64,000 nucleotides of DNA from Macrostomum hystrix (lineage: Eukaryota > Animalia > Platyhelminthes). This document shows positions 47,592 through 63,909 of the stretch, piece after piece (positions within the stretch are counted from its first letter, which is position 1; every line of letters begins with the position of its first letter). The DNA is taken from assembly GCA_950097015.1 (NCBI GenBank), contig CATNEN010000001.1:11656001-11720000 (forward strand). The letters are read 5' to 3'. The notes beneath the pieces were generated by a model that was given only the letters and a program-made list of their open reading frames with translations, did no database searches and had not been told where the DNA came from. Both the position numbers and the translations under genes were made by a program.

Positions 47592-50500
47592 ATGCAGCGC
47601 TCCCTGGAGCTTCTCGTTGAAAACGCCTGCGACTACGAAGACATTGGTGAGCTTCAGGACGCACTTGAATACGACGGTGGCCAGACGGTCGCCAAAATGG
47701 AACTAACCGACTTTCTTAGAAGCTACTGGTTTGCATGGAAGGCTGAAAATATGCTCATTTGCAGCTTGCTGCTAAAGTAAGCACTGATAATAATATTAGT
47801 AATAATTGCAGGAGGGCTGCGGGCAATGGCACATCATTTGGTGACACTAGACCTGTACCCAGCGAGGAGGCAATTCTGCCCATTTCGCTGACTCCTGAGC
47901 ACACACGCACACAGATAGCGTACTCAGGCACACACTCACACAAGTACATCTGCCCTGACTTTCTCATCGTCAGACAGTGTACACTGTCACTGAGCCTTGG
48001 TGGTTGGCCCCTCAACGTCTGTGCCCCAATTAAATGTGGCCTCGCCGCGGAATCGAGCTCAGGGACCTCGATGCGAGAGGCAAACGCGATAACCTCTCTG
48101 CCGCTCACATCTCGCCTTGTTTATTTCTGATCACTAGTAGGCAGTATCAAACCATCTGAAAGTAATTGTGAATCAAAACCTACTTTCAGATACAAGTTTC
48201 AACTTTACGATGACGATATCAAGGTGGGTTGGCTTATAACTTTCTGCGATTTCATTGCTCATTACTTGAACTTTGGATTCTCAGTGTAGATCTTGCTTCG
48301 ATTCCCTATGAATATCTTGCTTCGATTCTCAGTGTATTTCTAGCTTCGATTCCCTGTGCATTTCTAGCTTCGATTCCCTGTGCATTTTTAGCTTCGATTC
48401 CCGTTGTATTTCTAGCTTCGATTCCCTGTGCATTTCTAGCTTCGATTCCCGTTGTATTTCTAGCTTCGATTCCCTGTGCATTTCTAGCTTCGATTCCCGA
48501 TGTATTTCTAGCTTCGATTCCCTGTGCATTTCTAGCTTCGATTCCCGTTGTATTTCTAGCTTCGATTCCCTGTGCATTTCTAGCTTCGATTCCCGTTGTA
48601 TTTCTAGCTTCGATTCCCTGTGCATTTCTAGCTTCGATTCCCTGTGCATTTCTAGCTTCGATTCTCTGTGCATTTCTAGCTTCGATTCCCTGTGCATTTC
48701 TAGCTTCGATTCCCGTTGTATTTCTAGCTTCGATTCCCTGTGCATTTCTAGCTTCGATTCCCGTTGTATTTCTAGCTTCGATTCCCTGTGCATTTCTAGC
48801 TTCGATTCCCGTTGTATTTCTAGCTTCGATTCCCGTTGCACTTATAGCTTCGATTCCCCGCGCATATCCAAATTTAATAGTGTTGTTGGTCCTGCTTTGA
48901 TAATTAGGCTCATGTCTAACGCATTGTTACAGTTAACAGATAATACTTTCCTTTGTCCACATCCAGTACGCAGTCGAGCTAGCCAATCTTGCAAGTCGGG
49001 GCGACACGGAAGGACTTGAGAAGGCTCTGGATGAGCAGTCGCGGTGCAGCGTTGTCGTTGGCCAATTAAAAGACTGGGAGGGCCGCACAGCTTTAATGTG
49101 GGCCGCGGTCGGCTGCTGGAAACCAACTGAGCGGCATCTTGACTGCGCCAAGCTTCTGCTGGGCCGCGGCTTCGCTACGGACGCCGCCGACTTTCAAGGC
49201 AACACGGCGCTGCATCTGGCCGCTGAGGCGGGCAACCTGCCAGTCATCCAGCTGCTGCTGACTGCCGGCGCCGATCCTTTGGCACAGAACCTGCTTGGCG
49301 ACACCCCGTTGGCCATCGCCGAAGAGCACGATAGACTGGAGGCGGTAGCGATGCTGCGAGCTGCTCTTGGCGGGTAGGTTGCTGACTGTTAGGCAGGTAG
49401 ATAGCTGACAGTTAGGCAGGTAGATAGCTGACAGTTAGGCAGGTAGATAGCTGACAGTTGGGCAGGTAGATAGCTGACAGTTGAGCAGGTAGATACCTGA
49501 CAGTTAGGCAGGTAGATAGCTGACAGTTGAGCAGGTAGATACCTGACAGTTAGGCAGTTAGATAGCTGACAGTTAGGCAGGTAGATAGCTGACAGTTAGG
49601 CAGTTAGATAGCTGACAGTTAGGCAGGTAGATAGCTGACAGTTAGGCAGGTAGATAGCTGACAGTTGGGCAGGTAGATAGCTGACAGTTGAGCAGGTAGA
49701 TACCTGACAGTTAGGCAGGTAGATAGCTGACAGTTGAGCAGGTAGATACCTGACAGTTAGGCAGTTAGATAGCTGACAGTTAGGCAGGTAGATAGCTGAC
49801 AGTTAGGCAGTTAGATAGCTGACAGTTAGGCAGGTAGATAGCTGACAGTTAGGCAGGTAGATAGCTGACAGTTGGGCAGGTAGATAGCTGACAGTTAGGC
49901 AGGTAGATAGCTGACAGTTAGGCAGGTAGATAGCTGACAGTTGAGCAGGTAGATAGCTGACAGTTGGGCAGGTAGATAGCTGACAGTTGGGCAGGTAGAT
50001 AGCTGACAGTTAGGCAGTTAGATAGCTGACAGTTGGGCAGGTAGATAGCTGACAGTTGAGCAGGTAGATAGCTGACAGTTAGGCAGGTAGATAGCTGACA
50101 GTTGGGCAGGTAGATAGCTGACAGTTGGGCAGGTAGATAGCTGACAGTTAGGCAGGTAGATAGCTGACAGTTAGGCAGGTAGATAGCTGACAGTTGAGCA
50201 GGTAGATAGCTGACAGTTGGGCAGGTAGATAGCTGACAGTTGGGCAGGTAGATAGCTGACAGTTAGGCAGTTAGATAGCTGACAGTTGAGCAGGTAGATA
50301 GCTGACAGTTGGGCAGGTAGATAGCTGACAGTTGGGCAGGTAGATAGCTGACAGTTAGGCAGTTAGATAGCTGACAGTTGGGCAGGTAGATAGCTGACAG
50401 TTGGGCAGGTAGATAGCTGACAGTTAGGCAGTTAGATAGCTGACAGTTAGGCAGGTAGATAGCTGACAGTTGAGCAGGTAGATAGCTGACAGTTAGGCAG

Positions 50501-52333
50501 GTAGATAGCTGACAGTTGGGCAGGTAGATAGCTGACAGTTGGGCAGGTAGATAGCTGACAGTTAGGCAGGTAGATAGCTGACAGTTAGGCAGGTAGATAG
50601 CTGACAGTTGAGCAGGTAGATAGCTGACAGTTGGGCAGGTAGATAGCTGACAGTTGGGCAGGTAGATAGCTGACAGTTAGGCAGTTAGATAGCTGACAGT
50701 TGGGCAGGTAGATAGCTGACAGTTGAGCAGGTAGATAGCTGACAGTTAGGCAGGTAGATAGCTGACAGTTGGGCAGGTAGATAGCTGACAGTTGGGCAGG
50801 TAGATAGCTGACAGTTAGGCAGGTAGATAGCTGACAGTTAGGCAGGTAGATAGCTGACAGTTGAGCAGGTAGATAGCTGACAGTTGGGCAGGTAGATAGC
50901 TGACAGTTGGGCAGGTAGATAGCTGACAGTTAGGCAGTTAGATAGCTGACAGTTGGGCAGGTAGATAGCTGACAGTTGAGCAGGTAGATAGCTGACAGTT
51001 AGGCAGGTAGATAGCTGACAGTTGGGCAGGTAGATAGCTGACAGTTAGGCAGGTAGATAGCTGACAGTTAGGCAGGTAGATAGCTGACAGTTGGGCAGGT
51101 AGATAGCTGACAGTTAGGCAGGTAGATAGCTGACAGTTAGGCAGGTAGATAGCTGACAGTTAGGCAGGTAGATAGCTGACAGTTGGGCAGGTAGATAGCT
51201 GACAGTTGGGCAGGTAGATAGCTGACAGTTGGGCAGGTAGATAGCTGACAGTTAGGCAGTTAGATAGCTGACAGTTAGGCAGGTAGATAGCTGACAGTTG
51301 AGCAGGTAGATAGCTGACAGTTAGGCAGGTAGATAGCTGACAGTTGGGCAGGTAGATAGCTGACAGTTAGGCAGGTAGATAGCTGACAGTTAGGCAGGTA
51401 GATAGCTGACAGTTAGGCAGGTAGATAGCTGACATTGCAGCTGGAACATTCCGAATTCACTTTCAGTGATGCAGCTGTCACCGCTGATTCGCAGTCTCGC
51501 AGCACAGATGAGGATCAAGATGATCCAGAATTTGTCACACCAAATCTGGACAGCGAGCTAGTGCAGTCCAGTCTTGAGTCCTGCTATCAGTATGAGGTGA
51601 CAATTGAGCCAGAAAAAATTAAGGTAAGATATTTATTGTTCCATTAACAGTAGAAAGGTATTCCCCCAAGGGAAAGACTACGGGACAGCCTACTTCACGA
51701 CAGCTCCCAAACCGAATGACCGACTTTAAGCAGAAGCAGAAAAATTTTGCCTACATTGGAGGCTTTTGTTGTCTTTCTACTGTTATTACACAAGCGATAA
51801 ATAAGAATGCCTAAACAATTCTATCTTTCCAGCGGATCACTCAGCTAGTTTCAGCTGTCACCCATGGTCAACTAGAATTTGTAAAACGTGTCGAAACGGA
51901 AGCCTTGGTAACACTGCGCCTCAGCAAGTACGTCACGGTGCTTCACCTGGCTGCTGACACCAGATCCAAAGCTGCGACCTATGCGGCTTGCATTGCCCAG
52001 CTGCTGGAGGCTGGCGCCGATACGAAGGCAAAGAACGCAGACGGTGACACGGCTGCACACATTGCGGCTAGGCGGGACAATGTCTCCATGCTTGGTGTGC
52101 TGCCATTTGAAGACAAGTTCCTGACGAACAATGCCGGACTGACACCGCTGATGGAGGCAGTTCAGTTGCAGAGATGGGCCAGCTTCAAGCACCTGCTGCA
52201 CCTGTTCAGGCAGGCCAGATACTGCCAGGAGAAGCAGCGGTATCTGGGCGTGAAGGACAAGTCGGGCATGACTGCGCTAGACCTAGCCAAGGAAACTGGA
52301 GACCCGGACATGATCGAGGTCTTGGAAACGTAA
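47592..52333 (+). CDS. Ankyrin-repeat protein, 5 exons
   Basis: Exons 47592-47776, 48190-48223, 48967-49373, 51467-51623, 51833-52333 join in frame. ANK motifs GRTALMWAA, GNTALHLAA, GDTPLAIA, TVLHLAA, GDTAAHIAA, GLTPLMEA, GMTALDLA; an acidic linker separates two ANK blocks. Confidence 0.82.
47788..48105 (-). mobile_element. SINE family B in ankyrin gene intron 1
   Basis: Reverse-complement copy with small internal indels. Confidence 0.82.
48283..48862. repeat. 24-bp minisatellite in ankyrin gene intron 2
   Basis: gcttcgattccc(tgtgc/gttgt)atttcta, ~24 units, two variants often alternating. Confidence 0.96.
49374..51440 (+). repeat. 23-bp minisatellite forming almost all of ankyrin gene intron 3
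   Basis: GTAGATAGCTGACAGTT(AG/GG/GA)GCAG x 89 from 49374 to 51420 (2047 = 89 x 23), plus a final 20-nt unit ending TTGCAG. Confidence 0.98.
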
Positions 52334-52339
52334 GCAGTT

Positions 52340-52465
52340 ATTGAGTACTTTCAGAAACTTGAGTACTTGAGTACTTGAGTACTTTCAGAAACTTGAGTAC
52401 TTGAGTACTTGAGTACTTTCAGAAACTTGAGTACCTGAGTACTTAAGTACTTGAGTACTTTCATG
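52340..52465. repeat. (GAGTACTT)-type repeat; second block at ~52843-52919 inside a SINE
   Basis: gagtactttcagaaacttgagtacttgagtactt units. Confidence 0.85.
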
Positions 52466-52598
52466 ATTTTTTTATGATAGCAAGGAAACTTGTTACATTT
52501 TTAGAGAGCTACGACTACAGGTTTCAAACAGCTTTCCCTGCGTCATCGGCCTAACAATGGAGGTTGGCTAATTTTTATTTCTTAACTTGCTAGCGGTT

Positions 52599-52952
52599 GG
52601 TTGTAGCCTTGTGGTTAGAGAGACGAACTAAAGACTTTAAGGTCGGGGGTTCGATTCCGGAATTTACTAGAATAATATGTGTCCTTTAACTAGACACTTA
52701 AATGGGTCTTAATGACACTTAAATGTTAAATGGGTACCAGCATCAGTCAAGGTAGTTAAGTGTGGGTGTGGCGTCTCCCCAGTCCATGGACTGAACAGCT
52801 GTACGCAACCTTCAGATGCGCCGCGCAATAGCTGCCCTATTGGTACTTTCAGAAACTTGAATACTTGAGTACTTGAGTATTTGAGTACTTGTCAAGTACT
52901 TGAGTACTTAAGTACTTTCATCTGGCCCTATTGGCGCGGGTGTAATCAATTA
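52599..52952 (+). mobile_element. SINE family A interrupted by a copy of the neighbouring GAGTACTT repeat
   Basis: ggttgtagccttgtggttag...ggttcgattcc...cagtccatggactg...catctggccctattgg. Confidence 0.78.
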
Positions 52953-53120
52953 ATGTTATTTTTTACGAGCGTGTTGTTATTAATTTTCAAAGACTTTCTC
53001 ATCGTGAGGCAGTGTACACTGTTACTGTGCCTTGGGACGTTGGGGGAAATGAGGATTCGAACTCACGGACCTTGGTGCGAGGTTTGGAGTCTTCCACTCA
53101 CTGCCGCGCTGTCCCTAAAA

Positions 53121-53630
53121 ATGGATTTTCAGCAAGAGAAGCTGCGGGACTCATTGATGACTCTGGTTGAGAGCGGCGACGCAGAAAAACGTCTACGGCA
53201 GCTGGTGAAGCGGGTCGACAGCGACCTACCCGACGCTTGGGGTCGAACCATCCTCATGCGGGCTTCTTGGAGCAGGCGATGCCACATTGCGACACTTCAG
53301 CAACTGGCGGATGTCTGCGATCCGACCTGCGCTGACAGTTTCGGATCTGGCTGCATCCACTGGGCAGCTCGCTACGACAACGAGGCGGCCGTGAAGCTTC
53401 TAGTTGATGCCGGAGCTTGGGTGGATGCTGTTGATCAGGCAGGTAGAACCGCCCTGATGTGCGCCGCCGAGAATGACCGACTGAGCGCTGCGGAGGCGCT
53501 GCTCAACGTTGGAGCCAACATGCGACTCAGAGACTCGGAAGGTCGATCAGCAGAACAATGGGCTTTGATGAAGCAGTACTCGGACATTGCGACTCGACTA
53601 AATCAACTGTGCTCAGCTAAACAGCAGTGA
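53121..53630 (+). CDS. Small ankyrin-repeat protein (169 aa from ATG 53121)
   Basis: GRTILMRAS, GSGCIHWAA, GRTALMCAA, GRSAEQWA. The upstream part of the 52881 ORF is SINE/repeat-derived. It could instead be a terminal exon (acceptor at 53132). Confidence 0.82.
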   Translation: MDFQQEKLRDSLMTLVESGDAEKRLRQLVKRVDSDLPDAWGRTILMRASWSRRCHIATLQQLADVCDPTCADSFGSGCIHWAARYDNEAAVKLLVDAGAWVDAVDQAGRTALMCAAENDRLSAAEALLNVGANMRLRDSEGRSAEQWALMKQYSDIATRLNQLCSAKQQ

Positions 53631-54042
53631 GCTTCTGCATGCTTTAGCTGCTTTTAATATTGGGATTTTCAAGCTGTGATGTTTTTGCCGATACTATTTT
53701 GAAACCCATTTTCAGAGGCCACGAAGCTTCTGTCTCGGCGCCAAAGTACACAATGTTCACCTCTTTGACGAACTGTACGGTCAATAGTTTCGAAACTATT
53801 GCCGACCCGAAAGCGGACGTCTTCAGAAGGTAATTGCTACTGAAGGATGTCTGCGTGGTGCAGGGATAGTTGAATAAAGTTAGACAAACAACTCCTTGTC
53901 TCACACCGTACAGATCGGACTATGTTCGTCAGTCCAGGATTCGTATGCGGCAGCGAATGAGGTGCACCAGAAATCAGCTTTCGGACGCTAAAGACGAGAG
54001 GTAACTGGTTCGATTCCTGATTTAAATAATCAACTAAGATTC

Positions 54043-54190
54043 GGGTGAGTGGCACAGCGGTCTAACGCGTTTGCCTCTCGCGCCAAGGCCCGTGAGCTCG
54101 ATTCCGCGGCGGGGCCACATTCATTTGGGGCGTTGTCGCGGAGAGAAGGCTTGGGGGCTTGTCGTGCAATTTATACGCCCTTGAGCCCTT
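54043..54190 (+). mobile_element. SINE family B, 5' half
   Basis: gtggcacagcggtctaacgcgtttgcctctcgc...cgattccgcggc...gggggcttgtcgtgcaattt. Confidence 0.78.
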
Positions 54191-54221
54191 GATTGCTGCG
54201 GTTCTACTGTTCGCTCTAGCA

Positions 54222-54998
54222 CAGGGGTCGGCAAACTTATTAGCTAGCGGGCCAAATAGAGAACCTAAAAGACGACAGCAGGCCGCATTGACTGTAAAAA
54301 TATGAGACAATGTAGAGATGAGAAACGGGAGAGATGAGACGGAAGAGATGAGACACGGGAGAGATGAGACACTGAAGAGATGAGACAGGGGTGAGATGAG
54401 ACAGGGGAGAGATGAGACAGGGGAGAGATGAGACAGGGGAGAGATGAGACAGGGGAGAGTTGAGACAGGGGAGAGATGAGACAGGGGAGAGATGAGACAG
54501 GGGAGAGATGAGACAGGGGAGAGTTGAGACAGGGGAGAGATGAGACAGGGGTGAGATGAGACAGGGAAGAGACGAGACAGGGGTGAGATGAGACAGGGGA
54601 GAGATGAGACAGGGGAGAGATGAGACACTGAAGAGATGAGACGGGAGAGATGAGACACGGGAGAGGTGAGACACGGGAGAGTTGAGACAGGGGAGAGATG
54701 AGACAGGGGAGAGATGAGACAGGGAAGAGACGAGACACTGAAGAGATGAGACACGAGAGAGATGAGACACGGGAGAGATGAGACAGGGGAGCGATGAGAC
54801 AGGGGAGAGATGAGACACAGGAGAGATGAGACAGGGGAGAGATGATACACGGTAGAGATGAGACACGGGAGAGAAAGGACACTTGGGGACAGGGGAGAGA
54901 TGAGACAGGATACTGTAGGTGTCGGAGTGGGCAACGGGCCGGATTTGGGAGCTTCGAGGGCCGCATCTGGCCCGCGGGCCGGAGTTTGCCGACCCCTG
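54222..54998. mobile_element. Non-autonomous hAT (Charlie-like) element carrying an internal 16-bp minisatellite
   Basis: 16-bp TIRs CAGGGGTCGGCAAACT / AGTTTGCCGACCCCTG; 8-bp TSD ctctagca / gtctagca (7/8); subterminal ggcccgcgggcc; internal (gagatgagacagggga)n at ~54300-54910. Confidence 0.9.
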
Positions 54999-55760
54999 GT
55001 CTAGCACATATGAAACCGATTAGGTGAGCTGAAGCAAATGGTAATTACGGGACGAAGTATTTCTTTAGGAGTCCAAAACTCGAAAAACAACTAATTCAAA
55101 TTAGTCCGAATAAAATAATAAAATTTCAGCGGAATCTATTTAGTGGGACTGCATCCGACTGAAGACGACATCGATGAGTGAGTCGACTGTGCTCAGCTGA
55201 TACTATTATATTAGTTTCAATTGGCTCTGATATGTATAGCTCAATGTGCTCATCGAAAATCAAATTGCAGAGACGTCGAGGAACCAAAAACAAGAGCTGA
55301 TAGCGAGTATTCTGATAAAGGTAGTCCATATTTTCTTCACTTCCACCCAGCGCTAACAGTAGAAAAACCACTGCAGTGTTTCAAGTACCAACATTTCTTT
55401 TCGAATATATTAATTAAACGCCATGAAAGTCCGAAACACAGACAAATACTTTCCGTTATATTTGATGAAACACATAACATCGCATTGTCAAGATACTAAA
55501 CGATTTATAGAACAGGCATTATTATCTGGCTCACACAATTTCACCGTCTGCTATTACCTGCCTACCTGACTGAACCAATATAGTATTATCATTGCGTTTA
55601 ATAGGGAGAAATGTTAGTTCATCGTGGGTATTTGAAATGCCCCCGTGGTTTTTCGGCTGTTAAAGTCATTCTTTTGCACTGATCTAACTTGCTTTAATAT
55701 TAAAATCTGGAAATCCATTTGACCCTCCGATGCCCAGGCTCCGAGTGCTCAAGCACGGAC

Positions 55761-57224
55761 ATGCTCAAAGAAATCCCTAAGTCACTGCGCGTCAAAGCCC
55801 AAGCAATCGTTGATGACGAGCTAGCAAATGCAGAAACGTTTTTAGCTAGCCTGCCAAACGCCAAGGACAGGGAGCTCTGCCGGCTGTTCTTCATCCACAT
55901 GGCCTCAGAGATGAGTCTGTGGAGCATTGTCGGGCAGCTGGGTCAGTTGATTCCTGACTCAACGAGGCGCATTCAGTGCTGGAAATCTGCAGTTAAACTG
56001 GCAGCCAGCCAGAATGACTACCTGGGCGCTAGTCAGTTGGCTGCGTTCATCATTAACGACCAAAGAGCATTGGACAACTGCCTGATGGCTGCGGCTAAGG
56101 CAGCTGCGAGGCACTGCCACTGGGAGGCAGCCAGTCAGCTGATCAATCTCATCAGCGATCAGACCAAACCTTATGAATTAGCATCGGCTGCTAGTCGAAC
56201 AGGTGTTGAAGAGGCAGAGAAAAAGTGCCGCGCCCAGATGAAAGTGGCAGCGATGGCTGCCATGAATGGGCGCCTGGATGTGTTCAATGAGTACTACTTA
56301 ATGCTGGACTCAGAGGAGCATAAGAGCGAGTGCGCAGTGAAAGCAGTGAAGTCTGCATCATCGGTGAGCAACTGGCGGGTTGTAAAATTTCTGGCTGCTT
56401 CAACTCCGCTGGACGCAGTCAGGGACGAGTGCCTCGCTGCAGCGGCCGTGGCTGCCGCGGACCAGTCTCACCTGGACGAGGCACTGCTGTTCGTGAGTCG
56501 GATGATTGACAAGGAGCAGCGCATGCTCTGCCGAATGAAAGTTTCCGCAGCGGCAGCTCGGAGCAACCACCTGACATTCGCGAAGCGCTGCATTGAACTG
56601 CTGGACAGCGAAAACAGAATGAACGAGTGCCGGGCGGTGTCGGCAGTGTCAGCTGCCACCTGCCGTCACTGGAAGGCGGTGGCAGAGATGGCTGACTCAA
56701 TCACAGATGAGCTAGTCAGAGATGAGTGCTACAGTAGCGTGGTGAAAGTTTCAGTGGGCCAGAAACAATGGCATGCTGTGTTGAAACTTATTGCTAAGAT
56801 CCGAGACGATAAAATTCAAAAGGAAAGTTTACTTCACGCAGTTGGGCAGGCGGCCTCCAATCGCCTGTGGTCTGGCCTTCAGTCCTTGATGAATGCCATC
56901 CAGGACCAATCGTTGAAGAGCCAGTGTAGAGCTAAGGCGCTACTGACAGCATTCGAGCTTGACTACTGGGATTTCGCCACCAAGCTGATGGATAGCGTTG
57001 TCAAGGACGCGGGAAAATCAAACGTCACTCTTCAACGTATCGATGGATTAAAACAGTTAATTAATGAAATCAGTGAGCCGAGATTGAGATCTGAGTTCTG
57101 TCAGAAGGCGCTGTGCTACGCAATGAGAAATGCTACCGAGTGCGAAATTGTAGCATACCTGTCCAATGCTATTGTCCTACAGGGCAGCGAAGAAGCTAGC
57201 ATTTTAGAAACCGTTTCCTTGTAG
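55761..57224 (+). CDS. Uncharacterised alpha-solenoid (TPR/HEAT-like) repeat protein, ~490 aa, single ORF
   Basis: ~35-aa helical repeats of the form W..A..L...I.D...R.EC...A...AA, recurring about 12 times. Start at ATG 55761, or spliced in via the AG at 55736. Confidence 0.82.
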   Translation: MLKEIPKSLRVKAQAIVDDELANAETFLASLPNAKDRELCRLFFIHMASEMSLWSIVGQLGQLIPDSTRRIQCWKSAVKLAASQNDYLGASQLAAFIINDQRALDNCLMAAAKAAARHCHWEAASQLINLISDQTKPYELASAASRTGVEEAEKKCRAQMKVAAMAAMNGRLDVFNEYYLMLDSEEHKSECAVKAVKSASSVSNWRVVKFLAASTPLDAVRDECLAAAAVAAADQSHLDEALLFVSRMIDKEQRMLCRMKVSAAAARSNHLTFAKRCIELLDSENRMNECRAVSAVSAATCRHWKAVAEMADSITDELVRDECYSSVVKVSVGQKQWHAVLKLIAKIRDDKIQKESLLHAVGQAASNRLWSGLQSLMNAIQDQSLKSQCRAKALLTAFELDYWDFATKLMDSVVKDAGKSNVTLQRIDGLKQLINEISEPRLRSEFCQKALCYAMRNATECEIVAYLSNAIVLQGSEEASILETVSL

Positions 57225-57499
57225 ACTGAAAATGTTGACTCAGACAGATGGACAATTTTCTGAGGAGCTGGATCTATATTTTATTCAACTTTACAGCCAT
57301 AATCCGAGTAGACTTGCCTTTGCTTTGCAAATATAAATTGGACTAAGCGTTTGTTGACGATGAAAACTTATTTTTTAAATAATGATCTGTGTTCGTAAGT
57401 ATGAGGCAAGTGATTTCGAGGCTTAATTATCCTTAGAGTTCGTTAATTTTTCTGTTACAAGCTGTGTTATAACGCAAATTTTTTTTTCAATCTTGTTGA

Positions 57500-57835
57500 G
57501 GGTCAGTGGCAGATTGGTCAAACGCGTTTGCCTCTCGCACCAAGGTCCCTAAGTTCGATTCCGCGGCGAGGCCACATTTATTTGGGGCGCAGCCGCGGAG
57601 AGAAGGCTTGGGGGCTTGTCGTGCAATTTACGCCATCGAGGGCCAACCTCCAAGGCACAGTGAGAGTGTACACTGCCTGACGATGAGAAAGTCAGGGCAG
57701 ATGTACACACCTGTGTGCGCGTGTGCTCAGGAGTCAGCTAAACGTGTGTAGAATTGCCTCCTCGCTGGCTGCGGGTCTAGTGTCACTGAATGATGTGCCA
57801 TTGCCCGCAGACCTCCTGAAATTATTTTTGTTAAT
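57500..57835 (+). mobile_element. SINE family B, full length
   Basis: Highly similar to 44197-44540. Confidence 0.88.
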
Positions 57836-58103
57836 TATCAACAATCTTGTTGAAAATGGATCTTTTAATTCGCGCTAAATTTATAAATCATTACTTCTAC
57901 TGTAGCGTGGAAGTTTTCATCGAAATGATTTTTATTTTATTGCGGGACCTCACATTCTTCTCTGGTATCCAAATCACCACGCAATAGTCTATGGAAAGTT
58001 TGGCGCGAATTCGAATTTATTAAAACACGGAAATAAAAGAGCAGTGCGCAGTTAAGGCTTTTCATGTACTCGTATATTTTTAGTCTTCAATCTCGACTCG
58101 CAT

Positions 58104-63178
<5,075 letters not shown>

Positions 63179-63909
63179 TGTGTTGCTGTCTGGTGTTTCC
63201 TAGCCTGTTCGAGTCGGAGCTTTTGTTGCACAATATATATATATAGTTGCTACGCAAGTCACAATTGATGCCAAAAGTTAGAGTTCTCATAGAACATAGC
63301 ACAACAATAGTCTCTGGTTAGCCTTATCAGCTATAAAACATTAGCGGCAACGTGACAGTTCTGACGAATGCGGTCTAACAGATTCTTTGTTATCAGCTGT
63401 CTTCTTCTTTTGTATTTTAGAGCCAGTGTTATTGCACGATCGCACTAAAGCGAGAAGAGATTCGCGGTCGAAACCAGATGTTCAATTTCTCAGGTGCCAA
63501 CAAAAAGTTCTTTTAGTAGCTGGCCCCGCCCATTGCTAATAAATATGTGTTGGACTTTTTATTTATTATGTAAGATTAAAAATAAGGAACAAAGAGTTTA
63601 TAGAACATCATTTTGATCTGCTTCTAAAAGCCTTGCACGCGTGGTCCAACCCGTCATGTTGCGTTTTAATTTTCTAGTTTTTCAACGGATCGATCGACTT
63701 AACGAGCATATATAAATTGCATAATTCGACAAACAATTTGACCGTCGCCACGCTGACAAAATAAAACTGAACGGTCTATATGCGAATGTGTAGGACTATC
63801 TTCAGAGCCTTTATATATATTATATGGCACCGGACACACATCAGTACGAGTACAAAGTAACTCTATAGAATAAGTTAGTAAACAATTCTTATAGCAGCAC
63901 TTGGATAAT

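Noticed and set aside
53644-55371. Possible small spliced gene on the minus strand between the ankyrin and solenoid genes
   Set aside because: Short open frames and some splice-like sites exist, but no consistent model or recognisable domain could be built.
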